Source of the DNA: a bacterium
Lineage (GTDB): Bacteria > Patescibacteriota > Minisyncoccia > Minisyncoccales > JAZDGI01
Length of the DNA: 47,421 nucleotides
Direction of reading: 5' to 3'
NCBI GenBank assembly: GCA_043807085.1
Contig: JAZDGI010000018.1
Location: 1-47,421 of the forward strand
Every line of letters begins with the position of its first letter. Position 1 is the first letter of the stretch. The notes beneath the pieces were generated by a model. That model saw nothing but the letters and a program-made list of their open reading frames with translations. It had not been told where the DNA came from and did not search any database. Below, piece after piece: positions 25,989-34,682 of the stretch. The translations under genes and the position numbers were made by a program.

Positions 25989-27011
25989 ATGGAAAAATCG
26001 CCTTTTGTTGAAATCGCCAAAAGAGTTTGTCCGGCTGTGGTCACTATCGCTGTTTCCAAAGATCTGCCGGCGATTGAAGGTTTTTATTTTTTGCCTTATG
26101 CTGGCCAGAAGCTGGTTATGCCAAAAGTAAAAAATAAAAAAGAGAAAACCAAAGTCGGCGGCGGCTCGGGTTTCGTTATTTCTGAAGACGGCTACGTTCT
26201 AACCTGCAATCATGTGGTCGGCGACGTTGACGCCGACTATACCGTCATTGTTGATCCCGAACATAAATATCCGGCCAAAGTTTTGGCTAGAGACGGATCC
26301 ATTGATATTGGCATTTTGAAAATAGAAGCTAAAGGCCTTTCTTTTCTAGAACCCGGGGATTCAAATACCATTGAATTAGGAGAAGAAGTAATGGCCGTAG
26401 GCAATCCGCTAGGGGAGTTTGAAGACACTCTGTCGGCTGGAATTATTTCCGGGCTTTCGCGAAAAATCACCACCCCCAGCGGCATGTTTTACGACGCCAC
26501 CAATCTGCGAGGGCTAATCCAAACCGACGCGGCGATTAATCCTGGGAATTCCGGCGGCCCGCTGGTTGATATGCAGGGGAAAGCCATTGGCATTAACACG
26601 GCCGTTATTATGGGAGCCCAGAATATCGGCTTTGCCATTCCCATTAACTACGCTAAAAAAGACTTGGAAGAAGTTATGCAGTTTGGCAAAATCAGACGGC
26701 CGTTTCTAGGCATTAGATATGTTATTCTGAATAAAGAAATCTCTCAAACGCAAAAGCTGCCGGTTGAACATGGCGCTTTGATCTTAAGAGAAAATTTCGG
26801 AGAGCCGGCCATTGCTAAGGGGTCTACGGCTGATAAAGCCGGGCTCAAGGAATATGATATTCTTCTGGAAGCCGACAATAAAAAAATTACCGAAGAAAAC
26901 ACTTTGGCCGATATCTTAAAAGGCAAGGAAATCAGCCAGGAAATTTGCCTGAAAGTTCTGCGGGAGGGAAAAGAAATGGGTTTCAAGCTAAGGCTGGATG
27001 AAAAGAAATAA
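25989..27011 (+). CDS. htrA: HtrA/DegP-family serine protease with one PDZ domain
   Basis: GSGFVI, TCNHVV, DIG and QTDAAINPGNSGGPL; start at 25983 or 25989. Confidence 0.9.
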   Translation: MEKSPFVEIAKRVCPAVVTIAVSKDLPAIEGFYFLPYAGQKLVMPKVKNKKEKTKVGGGSGFVISEDGYVLTCNHVVGDVDADYTVIVDPEHKYPAKVLARDGSIDIGILKIEAKGLSFLEPGDSNTIELGEEVMAVGNPLGEFEDTLSAGIISGLSRKITTPSGMFYDATNLRGLIQTDAAINPGNSGGPLVDMQGKAIGINTAVIMGAQNIGFAIPINYAKKDLEEVMQFGKIRRPFLGIRYVILNKEISQTQKLPVEHGALILRENFGEPAIAKGSTADKAGLKEYDILLEADNKKITEENTLADILKGKEISQEICLKVLREGKEMGFKLRLDEKK

Positions 27012-27015
27012 TCAG

Positions 27016-27087
27016 GGTGGCTAAGCAGACTCGAACTGCCTCAAACAGGTCCACAACCTGTTGTGCTGCCATTACACCATAGCCACC
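27016..27087 (-). tRNA. tRNA-His(GTG)
   Basis: G-1:C73 pair, anticodon arm ACAGG-TT-GTG-GA-CCTGT. Confidence 0.95.
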
Positions 27088-27109
27088 ATTTTTATCAGGC
27101 AAATTTATG

Positions 27110-27181
27110 TGCCCCCGCCAGGAGTCGAACCTGGATATCCGGCTTAGAAGGCAGGCGCTCTATCCATTGAGCTATGGGGGC
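27110..27181 (-). tRNA. tRNA-Arg(TCT)
   Basis: Anticodon arm CCTGC-CT-TCT-AA-GCCGG. Confidence 0.92.
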
Positions 27182-27206
27182 GGAGCGCTGTTATTCTAGC
27201 TAAAAT

Positions 27207-27515
27207 TCACTTTTTTGGCAACCTCTCCTTAAAGGGATCTGGATACGTCTTTGAACCAACCGCTTCAAACCTATCATTTTTTTCCTGCCATATTTTTAAT
27301 ACGCTTACATAGTCTTTTTCTGAAAAAAGGATAGGCTTTTCCGTGATTTCAGGTTCCGCCCTTTTAACCAAAACTAGGTATTTATAAAAAAGCCCGGCGC
27401 CCAAAAGAAGGGAAATCGCTGTTAAACACAAAAAGACCAAAAAAGCATGTTCGGCTAAAGACCGCCAAAGAGAGCGGAAAAACTTTTCTGTTATTTTTAT
27501 TTTTTCTTTTGGCAT
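27207..27515 (-). CDS. Small membrane protein ending the pilMNO cluster (PilP-like position)
   Basis: One TM helix and a C-terminal PDPF motif; closely spaced after pilO. Confidence 0.6.
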   Translation of the reverse strand: MPKEKIKITEKFFRSLWRSLAEHAFLVFLCLTAISLLLGAGLFYKYLVLVKRAEPEITEKPILFSEKDYVSVLKIWQEKNDRFEAVGSKTYPDPFKERLPKK

Positions 27516-27517
27516 AT

Positions 27518-28036
27518 TTATTTTGAATAAACCCTGATAGAGAGGCCGACTTTAATATCGTTTTCGGAAAACGGAACGCGCGAAACATTAAGCCCGCGAA
27601 CCTCAATTAGATATTCGCTAGCCTCCATTTTGTCAAAGAAACTAAGAAACTCCGGGAAATGGCCGTCTAGCGCAATCTGAAAGCCGGAAATTAGCGGATC
27701 CTTTGAAACGAGCCCTTCGGGCGAGATTTTTATTTTAAGACCGGCCTGACCGGAAATTTTTTCTAAAAACCTTATAAAATCAACCGGCAACTCGGACTGA
27801 ACGAAAAGCTCGCTGGTTTTTTTAAAATTCGGCCCAATCTCCCTATTTCTTTTCTTAAGATCTTCCAAATCGGCTAGCCTTGAGCTTAAAAGAAGAGCCG
27901 CCTGTTTTTGCGAAACAATTTGAGAAGAATTATTTCTAATCGCCTTAAAAGTCGGGTATGTCAAAAACAAAGAAATCCCAGAGCCAAGAACAACAAAAAC
28001 TGCCAAAGATAAATTAATTTTCGCTTTTAATGTCAT
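27518..28036 (-). CDS. pilO: Type IV pilus assembly protein PilO
   Basis: TM plus coiled coil, GHFPEFLSFFDKME...LIEV; follows pilN. Confidence 0.75.
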   Translation of the reverse strand: MTLKAKINLSLAVFVVLGSGISLFLTYPTFKAIRNNSSQIVSQKQAALLLSSRLADLEDLKKRNREIGPNFKKTSELFVQSELPVDFIRFLEKISGQAGLKIKISPEGLVSKDPLISGFQIALDGHFPEFLSFFDKMEASEYLIEVRGLNVSRVPFSENDIKVGLSIRVYSK

Positions 28037-28568
28037 TGAGGTTTAATTTAAAAATAACCATAAAATCAATATCTTTAGGCTCAGACCAGGCAGAAGGCGG
28101 AAAATAAATTTCAGTAAAGCTTTCTTCGTCCTCCAGCCTCTCTTTAAATCCCAGGAGGTCTTCCCTTGTCAGGGCAAATCCCCCGAGAGATATTGCGGAA
28201 TTCTCCCTGCTGAAATCAAGGGTTTTAAGATAGCTTCCCGACGGAAGCATGCTGGAAATTTTTTCAAAAATTTGAGTTAAATTAAATTGTCCGCGGTAAA
28301 ACGAATCCAGTTCTGAAAAGGTTTGATTGTATTCAATTACTTCTTTTTCAATCTCTTCAGCTCCGGAATTTTTCTGTTCAGCGATTATCTGATTAAAATA
28401 AATCTTTTGGGTTCTTACTTCCGCCAAGACAAAAATTTCAACAATAAATAAAATCAGAGTCAGAGAGATTAAAAATCCCAAAAACGTTATCCCCAAAATC
28501 AGGACTATTTTCAGCCTGTTTTCCAGAATAAGCTCGCTTTTTTGTTCGGCTGGCAATAGATTAATCAT
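28014..28568 (-). CDS. pilN: Type IV pilus assembly protein PilN
   Basis: MINLLP N-terminus, a TM helix, and ISLGGFALTREDL. Confidence 0.85.
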   Translation of the reverse strand: MINLLPAEQKSELILENRLKIVLILGITFLGFLISLTLILFIVEIFVLAEVRTQKIYFNQIIAEQKNSGAEEIEKEVIEYNQTFSELDSFYRGQFNLTQIFEKISSMLPSGSYLKTLDFSRENSAISLGGFALTREDLLGFKERLEDEESFTEIYFPPSAWSEPKDIDFMVIFKLNLNDIKSEN

Positions 28569-29686
28569 CGGTTGAGTTTTTTTGAATAAAAAACGCCACG
28601 CAGGGCCAGCCCTAAGGCAGTGGCGTATCTTAACGAATCTTCGCGAGACATTTGCGGAGTTTCTTTCTGATTTTCAGGCAAGATATTTATCCAGGGATTG
28701 CTGATTTCCACCGGAATTTTCAGTTCTGAAAAAAGCAGATCGGTAAGCCCTTTGAGATTCGCCCCGCCCCCGCAAATTAAAACCTTAGTTAGGGCGCCGG
28801 CCTTTAAAATCTGCTCTTTGCGCAAATCGTGAGTCTGATAAAAATCCAGATGCTTTTTAACTTGCTGGATTAAATCAACTAAGGCTGGAATGAGCGCCTC
28901 AAAAATTTTACCTTTTTGCCCGGTTTGGGCCTGGCCGAACGGCTTTCCACCTAGGCCGTATTTCAGCTTTAAATTTTCCGCCTGGGCCTCGCCCACTCCT
29001 AGATTTCTGGCAATCAGCTGGGTGAAATGCCGGCCGGAAACCGGAATAGAAGAAGTAAATTTCACGCAGCCGTCAAAAGCAATAAAACTAGTGCGGCTGG
29101 CCCCCAAATCAATCAAGAAAACAGGCTGATCGTTTTTTCCGTTTTTTATCAATGCCCGGGCGATAGACAAAGATTCAATCTCCAAAGCTAAAATTTTCAG
29201 TCCAGCCTCTTTCAGACAAAAAACATATGGATCAATAATATCTCTGGGCAGAGCGGCGAGTAAAATGTCCAGGTGGTCTTTTGAATCGGAACTTTGCGGC
29301 ATTATTTCGTAATCCAGATAAACCTTTTCAATCGGCAAGGGAATATAATTTTCCGCTTCAAAAATTACCGCCGATTTCAAATATTCCTCGGCCATCAAAG
29401 GCATCTGGATAATCTGCAAAAAAGCCTTTTCTTCCGGCAAAGAAACAACCGCGTATTTTGTTTTTATTTTCTCTCCCTGAATCTTGCTTAAGGCTTCTTT
29501 AACAATTTCAACCAGAGCTTCTTTCTTTTTTATTTCCCCCTCCTTGATAATCCCTGCCTTTATTTTTTGTTCACCAAAAGAAGCCAGCCTAAAAAAGCTC
29601 CCTTTCTTTTTAAGCTTAATGATCTTTAAGGAAAAATCGGAAATATCCAATCCAAACGCTTCGGTTTTCAAATTTAAAAAATCCAT
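28565..29686 (-). CDS. pilM: Type IV pilus assembly protein PilM
   Basis: FGLDISD, EAENYIP, IDLGASRT, ICGGGANLKGL and ATALGLALR. Confidence 0.93.
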   Translation of the reverse strand: MDFLNLKTEAFGLDISDFSLKIIKLKKKGSFFRLASFGEQKIKAGIIKEGEIKKKEALVEIVKEALSKIQGEKIKTKYAVVSLPEEKAFLQIIQMPLMAEEYLKSAVIFEAENYIPLPIEKVYLDYEIMPQSSDSKDHLDILLAALPRDIIDPYVFCLKEAGLKILALEIESLSIARALIKNGKNDQPVFLIDLGASRTSFIAFDGCVKFTSSIPVSGRHFTQLIARNLGVGEAQAENLKLKYGLGGKPFGQAQTGQKGKIFEALIPALVDLIQQVKKHLDFYQTHDLRKEQILKAGALTKVLICGGGANLKGLTDLLFSELKIPVEISNPWINILPENQKETPQMSREDSLRYATALGLALRGVFYSKKLNR

Positions 29687-29742
29687 AAATATAATCCGAA
29701 TGCTATGAATAATTATATCACATTTGCGTCATTCGCATTATA

Positions 29743-31560
29743 TTATTGTATTTCTTTCCAGCCGGACACCTGCCAAGAACCACCAGGCCCGGAAGAAAAA
29801 CCGGCGTTAATCAATCCCTGCTCATAATTGACAGTTGCTCCCGGCTCTAAATTGATTTTCTTTGCCGCAAGTTCGGTAACCGCCACGCCGTTATGCAGAT
29901 AAACCAAGCCGTTATTGGCATAGAATACCGCGCCGGTAGCTCCGTTATGAATATCCATAGCGGCGTTATGGTGAGTACAGCCGGTTGAAAAACTGCCGTC
30001 GCAACCAGAATCAGACAGAATCATTATATAACTGCCTAGCTGGCCGGAACCCTGAAAAACGCCGTTGTTTTCAATATGAACCCACTTGTCAGTCAAAACT
30101 ATACAACTCGCCAAACCATAAGCAGCCGCGCATTTAATCCCGGAGCCGTTGCTAATGTCAATATAGCCGGTAACGTAAATGGTCCCATCAACAGTAAGCG
30201 TTTTGTTGTTGCTGGTCATTATCAGATTGCCATCAATTTTTTTGGGGCCATAAGATATACTGGAAGTTATTGACAAATTTCCGGAATAAACGCCACCCAA
30301 AATCGCGTCTTGCTTCCATTGATTGATATTTGAATCGGAAATCGGCATATTCTGCAGAGGTGGATCAGTACTTCCTGGCACAGCCGCGCCCGGCGTCAGG
30401 GGATTAGGACAAACAGGCTGACTCGGATTATTCAAGAAATTAAGCGAGTAAGAATCAATTGTCTGATAATAACCGTCTCCGCAAATTTTGCTGTCGTCAA
30501 TATCATTGGCATGAGCGTCGCCTAAAACAATTACGTCCTTTAAAAAAGTAATTTGCCCTCCCAAATAAACTTTAAAATCCAGGTCGCCAATAATTTCCAG
30601 CCAGACAGGACTGCCAGCCGACCAGTCCTGGGAATATTTAGCTTGGCCTTGGCCATAGCCCATGTTTTGGTCCTTGCCACAAACCCAATAATCATTGCCG
30701 TCTCTGGAAGCGTCAATCATCAGCCAATAAACAACGCCGGCCGTTAAAGCCGGGGGCGAAGAAAAAACCACATCAACCCAGCCAAAAGAAGTCCCAACCA
30801 GATCTTCGTCTAGTTTAGCCGAAGCCAAGACTGTTTTGGTGGGCGAAGAGCCGCTATTGGTCAAAATCTTTACGGTTCTGTCGTCGGGATCGCCGACTTT
30901 TTTAATATATAAACTTACTTTCACCAACGAATTACCTGCCGATGGAATAAAACTTTGGGCTATGTCAATAATCGGATCTGCCCGTCCGAAAATTTGTCCC
31001 GAATTATAAACAACGTGGCTTTGGTCTAAAGACATACCCGTGGCCACGAACGCATTGCCGGTGATTGTCGCTCCGTTGTCGCCGGTAATAGAGCCGTTGG
31101 AATAAACGTTCCCGGCCAAGCCGCCGGCCCCCTGAATCTTTGAATTATTCTCCATATTAATCCCCAACACTCCTGCCTGGGCGCCGTAAAAGAATTGCGG
31201 GTTGACAGATTCAATGGCCAAACGGCCTTCCAGCTTCCGGAAAATATTGTCAGGGGCTGTTCCTGTGCTTTGAATTATTTTCGTATTTTGGCTCGGGGAA
31301 TCAACGGAAATCTGGACAATTGCCGCATCAACCGAGAAGGTGTAGCCAGAAGGCAAGTCCATTGATTTTTTTGCTCTTAAAATCGCGTCTTCCAGTCCTG
31401 ATTCGGCGGCAAAATAAGACCGGCTTGAATTTACGACGTTTTTAGAAATTTTTTGCTGGTTTAAAGTCAGAACAAAAAGGCTGGAAGCTAAAGAAAATAT
31501 AGCGGCTGAAACCAGAATGGCGATATAGATAGCTGCGAAACCTTGTTTTTTGATCATCAT
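29743..31560 (-). CDS. Large PilX-like minor pilin/adhesin
   Basis: KQG|FAAIY class III signal, SYFAAESGLEDA PilX motif, long beta-rich Cys-containing C-terminus ending WKEIQ. Confidence 0.75.
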   Translation of the reverse strand: MMIKKQGFAAIYIAILVSAAIFSLASSLFVLTLNQQKISKNVVNSSRSYFAAESGLEDAILRAKKSMDLPSGYTFSVDAAIVQISVDSPSQNTKIIQSTGTAPDNIFRKLEGRLAIESVNPQFFYGAQAGVLGINMENNSKIQGAGGLAGNVYSNGSITGDNGATITGNAFVATGMSLDQSHVVYNSGQIFGRADPIIDIAQSFIPSAGNSLVKVSLYIKKVGDPDDRTVKILTNSGSSPTKTVLASAKLDEDLVGTSFGWVDVVFSSPPALTAGVVYWLMIDASRDGNDYWVCGKDQNMGYGQGQAKYSQDWSAGSPVWLEIIGDLDFKVYLGGQITFLKDVIVLGDAHANDIDDSKICGDGYYQTIDSYSLNFLNNPSQPVCPNPLTPGAAVPGSTDPPLQNMPISDSNINQWKQDAILGGVYSGNLSITSSISYGPKKIDGNLIMTSNNKTLTVDGTIYVTGYIDISNGSGIKCAAAYGLASCIVLTDKWVHIENNGVFQGSGQLGSYIMILSDSGCDGSFSTGCTHHNAAMDIHNGATGAVFYANNGLVYLHNGVAVTELAAKKINLEPGATVNYEQGLINAGFSSGPGGSWQVSGWKEIQ

Positions 31561-32051
31561 CTTAAAACGGCGGCTGAAACCACATTAATAGAAGCCGTGT
31601 TTCCGAAAATTTGATTTTTATAATCAACCTGAAAGCTGAACCTGACCGAATCTTGATTCGCTCGGGTAAAAACCAAATTGCTCGCCCGGACATTGTCTGA
31701 AGTCAAGGGTTGGGCGAGTTGCCCCTCTTTTTTGAAGCAAATCCGCTCCTGGCAAAGATAAAAATCAATATAGCTTTCGGTTTCCAAAGCTTGGAGATAT
31801 TTGGTTGTTTCCAAAGAAAGCTGGCCGGAATTGGAAGTAGGCGTATAAATACTTTTTGCTCCCCGAATTTCCCTGCTGATTATCTCCCTGGCGTAATTTG
31901 CCGAAGACATCACCTCTCTCAAAGCCTTGGCTTTGGCGCCGGATCTCATACCTAAAAAAATAAACGGAAAAACAGCTGAAATGATAATTAAAAGAGTGGC
32001 GGCATAAACTAGAATTTCAGTTAAAGTAAATCCCTTGTTTTTTTCAGTCAT
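31557..32051 (-). CDS. Prepilin-type minor pilin (PilW-like)
   Basis: NKG|FTLTEILV and REIRGA. Confidence 0.85.
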   Translation of the reverse strand: MTEKNKGFTLTEILVYAATLLIIISAVFPFIFLGMRSGAKAKALREVMSSANYAREIISREIRGAKSIYTPTSNSGQLSLETTKYLQALETESYIDFYLCQERICFKKEGQLAQPLTSDNVRASNLVFTRANQDSVRFSFQVDYKNQIFGNTASINVVSAAVLR

Positions 32052-32056
32052 CTTTT

Positions 32057-32557
32057 TTATCGCCAATTAGTGAAATAGGCGCTTAGTTTTATTTCGCGAG
32101 ACCGGCCTTTTTCCAGCCAAGACACGAAAACAGACGCTTTTTTTGTGTTAGGATCGTTGATTCCGCCCGAAGCCACAATATTGTCCGAACCGTCGCGCTG
32201 GACATCTTCAAATATCACTTTTCTTGAAAAAATATCAATTATTTCCTCTCCCTGGACAAGCTTCCATTTTGGCTCTTCGTCTCCGGATATTTCAAGATGA
32301 TACGGAAAGCCGACAAGCAAAACTCCGAAACCGTCATATTCGTCTCCCGGATCATTATTGTCCCAGACAATATTATTTCTGAAGCTTCTGGCAGCTTCCA
32401 GAGCCTCCTGCGCCAGATTGGCAGCTATGACATTCTGACGGGCTTTGGCTTGAGCATCCAGAGACAAAGAAATCAGAGTCAAAAAACTGACCAAAACAGC
32501 GACAATTACGGCGATCGCCACTAGTATCTCAACCACAGAAATGCCTCTCTGCTTCAT
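32057..32557 (-). CDS. Prepilin-type minor pilin (PilV-like)
   Basis: MKQRG|ISVVEILVA and ANLAQEALEAAR; start reassigned to 32557. Confidence 0.85.
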   Translation of the reverse strand: MKQRGISVVEILVAIAVIVAVLVSFLTLISLSLDAQAKARQNVIAANLAQEALEAARSFRNNIVWDNNDPGDEYDGFGVLLVGFPYHLEISGDEEPKWKLVQGEEIIDIFSRKVIFEDVQRDGSDNIVASGGINDPNTKKASVFVSWLEKGRSREIKLSAYFTNWR

Positions 32558-32564
32558 CTTTGGA

Positions 32565-33464
32565 TTATTGCCAATTTGGCGCTGAAACATAAATTGAACT
32601 GCCTTTGGCGGTTTGGCCATCAGCTTGGTACTCAATCAGATTTCCGGTAGAGTCCCCGCTGACGGCAATCGTCAGGGCCTTGGTATTATTTCTTTTGTCG
32701 CGAAAAACGCAAAACTTGGTATCTGGAGAATTTAAGCTAATGGTCTGAATTTTTATTTTCTGGATTTCGCCGTTGACCTCAGCTTCTCCCTCCCAATAAA
32801 TCTGACCCCCTATTAGATTGTCGCTGATTAAAATATTTTTGAATGTGTCTGGATTCGGAGGATTTGAAAAAATCAAGCTTATTGTTTCGCCTGCGGTGTC
32901 AATTTGCCGGCCGGTGTAATCAAAATGGATATGTCTGGAATCTTTTATTCTATCTTCGTCTGAAGCTGGCAGAGTTTCCGCAAGACTCATTTGCCCAAAA
33001 CCATTTACGTATATTATTTTAATTTTTAATGGTTCGTCAGTCAGCCTTAAAGATATTGTCCCTGACTGACCGGTCGTACCCTCTATTCTGTCAAAAACAA
33101 TTTCTTGCCCGGCGCCGGCCAAATTAATATCAAAAATTTCAGCCCCCTTGGCAACTTGATAAATTTTGTCAAAAGAAATGTCCCTAACTGAATAATCGGC
33201 CCCTTTAAAAAGGGCGTATTGGTGAGGGATAGACGAAGTTGAAAAATAAACTCCCCAGGAACTATAATTTTCCGACGCCAAAGTTTTTTCCCGGGCCATT
33301 CTTAAGGCAGACACTATCTCTTCGGCTGAAGTTGAAAGATCTAATCCGGTTTTGAACATCCGCAAGGCGGGAAAAGACAGGCATAACAAAATAAGCGAAA
33401 TGGCCACGGCGACCGCTAATTCAACCAACGTAAATGAATTCCGCTTTTTTATTGTTCTTGCCAT
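32565..33464 (-). CDS. Prepilin-type minor pilin (FimT/GspH-like) with an extended C-terminus
   Basis: RNS|FTLVELAV and EEIVSALRMAREKT. Confidence 0.8.
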   Translation of the reverse strand: MARTIKKRNSFTLVELAVAVAISLILLCLSFPALRMFKTGLDLSTSAEEIVSALRMAREKTLASENYSSWGVYFSTSSIPHQYALFKGADYSVRDISFDKIYQVAKGAEIFDINLAGAGQEIVFDRIEGTTGQSGTISLRLTDEPLKIKIIYVNGFGQMSLAETLPASDEDRIKDSRHIHFDYTGRQIDTAGETISLIFSNPPNPDTFKNILISDNLIGGQIYWEGEAEVNGEIQKIKIQTISLNSPDTKFCVFRDKRNNTKALTIAVSGDSTGNLIEYQADGQTAKGSSIYVSAPNWQ

Positions 33465-33466
33465 TA

Positions 33467-34681
33467 TTATTGCATTTCGCCAAGCATTGAATACATCGGC
33501 TGGATCATTGAAACCGCAAAAAATCCCACAATTGTTCCGATTAAAATCATTAAAACCGGCTCAATGATTGAAGACAAATTCTTAGTGTCATTAGAAACTT
33601 CTTCCTCGTAAAAATCAGCCAATTTAGCCAAAATAGACGATGTTTCGCCGGTCTCTTCGCCCACCTCAATCATTTGCACAAGAGTAGCCGGATAAATCTG
33701 ACCCTTGGTCTTTAAGCTAACCGATAATTTTTCTCCTTTTTTCACTTCTTCTTTAGCGGCCAGCAAAACTTTTTTATAAGCGGCGTTGCCCAAGGTCCCT
33801 GAAACGATTTCCAACGCCCGGGGCAGAGAAATTCCAGCCGCCACAAGAGAGCTTAGGTTTCTGGCAGTATAAGCCGTATTGGTTTTTTTAATGAGAGGGG
33901 AAATTATCGGAGCCTTCAACAAGATAATGTTAATGATTTTTTTTACTTCCTTGTTCTTCATAGCTTCTTTAAGACCGAAAAATAAAGCCAGAAACAAAAC
34001 CAAGACAAAGTACCATTTTTTAGTCAGAAAGTCTGCGAATTTCAAAACCAGCCTGGTTGTCAAAGGCAATTCTGCGCCAAGCTCATTAAAGGTTTCAGCG
34101 AGCTTGGGCACGACCATAATAAGCATCAACGTGCCTATACCGACCATAGCCGCGAGAATTACCGCAGGATAAATCATCGCCCCCTTGATTCTGGATTTCA
34201 GTTCATTCTCTCTTTCCATTTGCAGAGTAAGAGTTTTTAAAACCTTTTCCAATGTCCCTCCTTCCTCCCCGGCCCGAACCATATTCAGAAAAAAATCGGA
34301 AAACGTTTTCGGCTGGCCGCTAATAGCTTCTGAAAAACTTTTTCCCTCTGTAACCTCTTTTTTAATTTGCTCAATGGCTTTTCTGAACTTTTCATTTTTG
34401 GCCTGCAAACCCAAGGTATCTAAAGCCCGTGGCAGAGGAAGCCCGGCTCCGACCATTACCTGCAGATTCTTAGTAAAAAACATCTTTTCAGCCAGAGAGG
34501 GGCCGAAAAACGAAAAAGAAAAAATTTTTTTCTTAGAGGGGCTAGAGTCCAGCCCTATTTTAATCAAAATTAAGCCGTCTCTCCTTAAATCAGCGGCTAA
34601 TTGGCGCTCATCTTTAGCTTCCAAAACCCCGGATTTTGTTTCGCCAGCCAACGACTTGGCGATATAAGAATACTTCGGCAT
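33467..34681 (-). CDS. pilC: Type IV pilus platform protein PilC/GspF
   Basis: GEEGGTL, AMIYP, GEETGE and IIEP. Confidence 0.95.
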   Translation of the reverse strand: MPKYSYIAKSLAGETKSGVLEAKDERQLAADLRRDGLILIKIGLDSSPSKKKIFSFSFFGPSLAEKMFFTKNLQVMVGAGLPLPRALDTLGLQAKNEKFRKAIEQIKKEVTEGKSFSEAISGQPKTFSDFFLNMVRAGEEGGTLEKVLKTLTLQMERENELKSRIKGAMIYPAVILAAMVGIGTLMLIMVVPKLAETFNELGAELPLTTRLVLKFADFLTKKWYFVLVLFLALFFGLKEAMKNKEVKKIINIILLKAPIISPLIKKTNTAYTARNLSSLVAAGISLPRALEIVSGTLGNAAYKKVLLAAKEEVKKGEKLSVSLKTKGQIYPATLVQMIEVGEETGETSSILAKLADFYEEEVSNDTKNLSSIIEPVLMILIGTIVGFFAVSMIQPMYSMLGEMQ

Positions 34682-34682
34682 T

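Noticed and set aside
28918-28952. GGKPFGQAQTGQ in PilM as another in-frame palindromic insert
   Set aside because: The DNA hairpin is weak and cannot be supported without an ortholog alignment.
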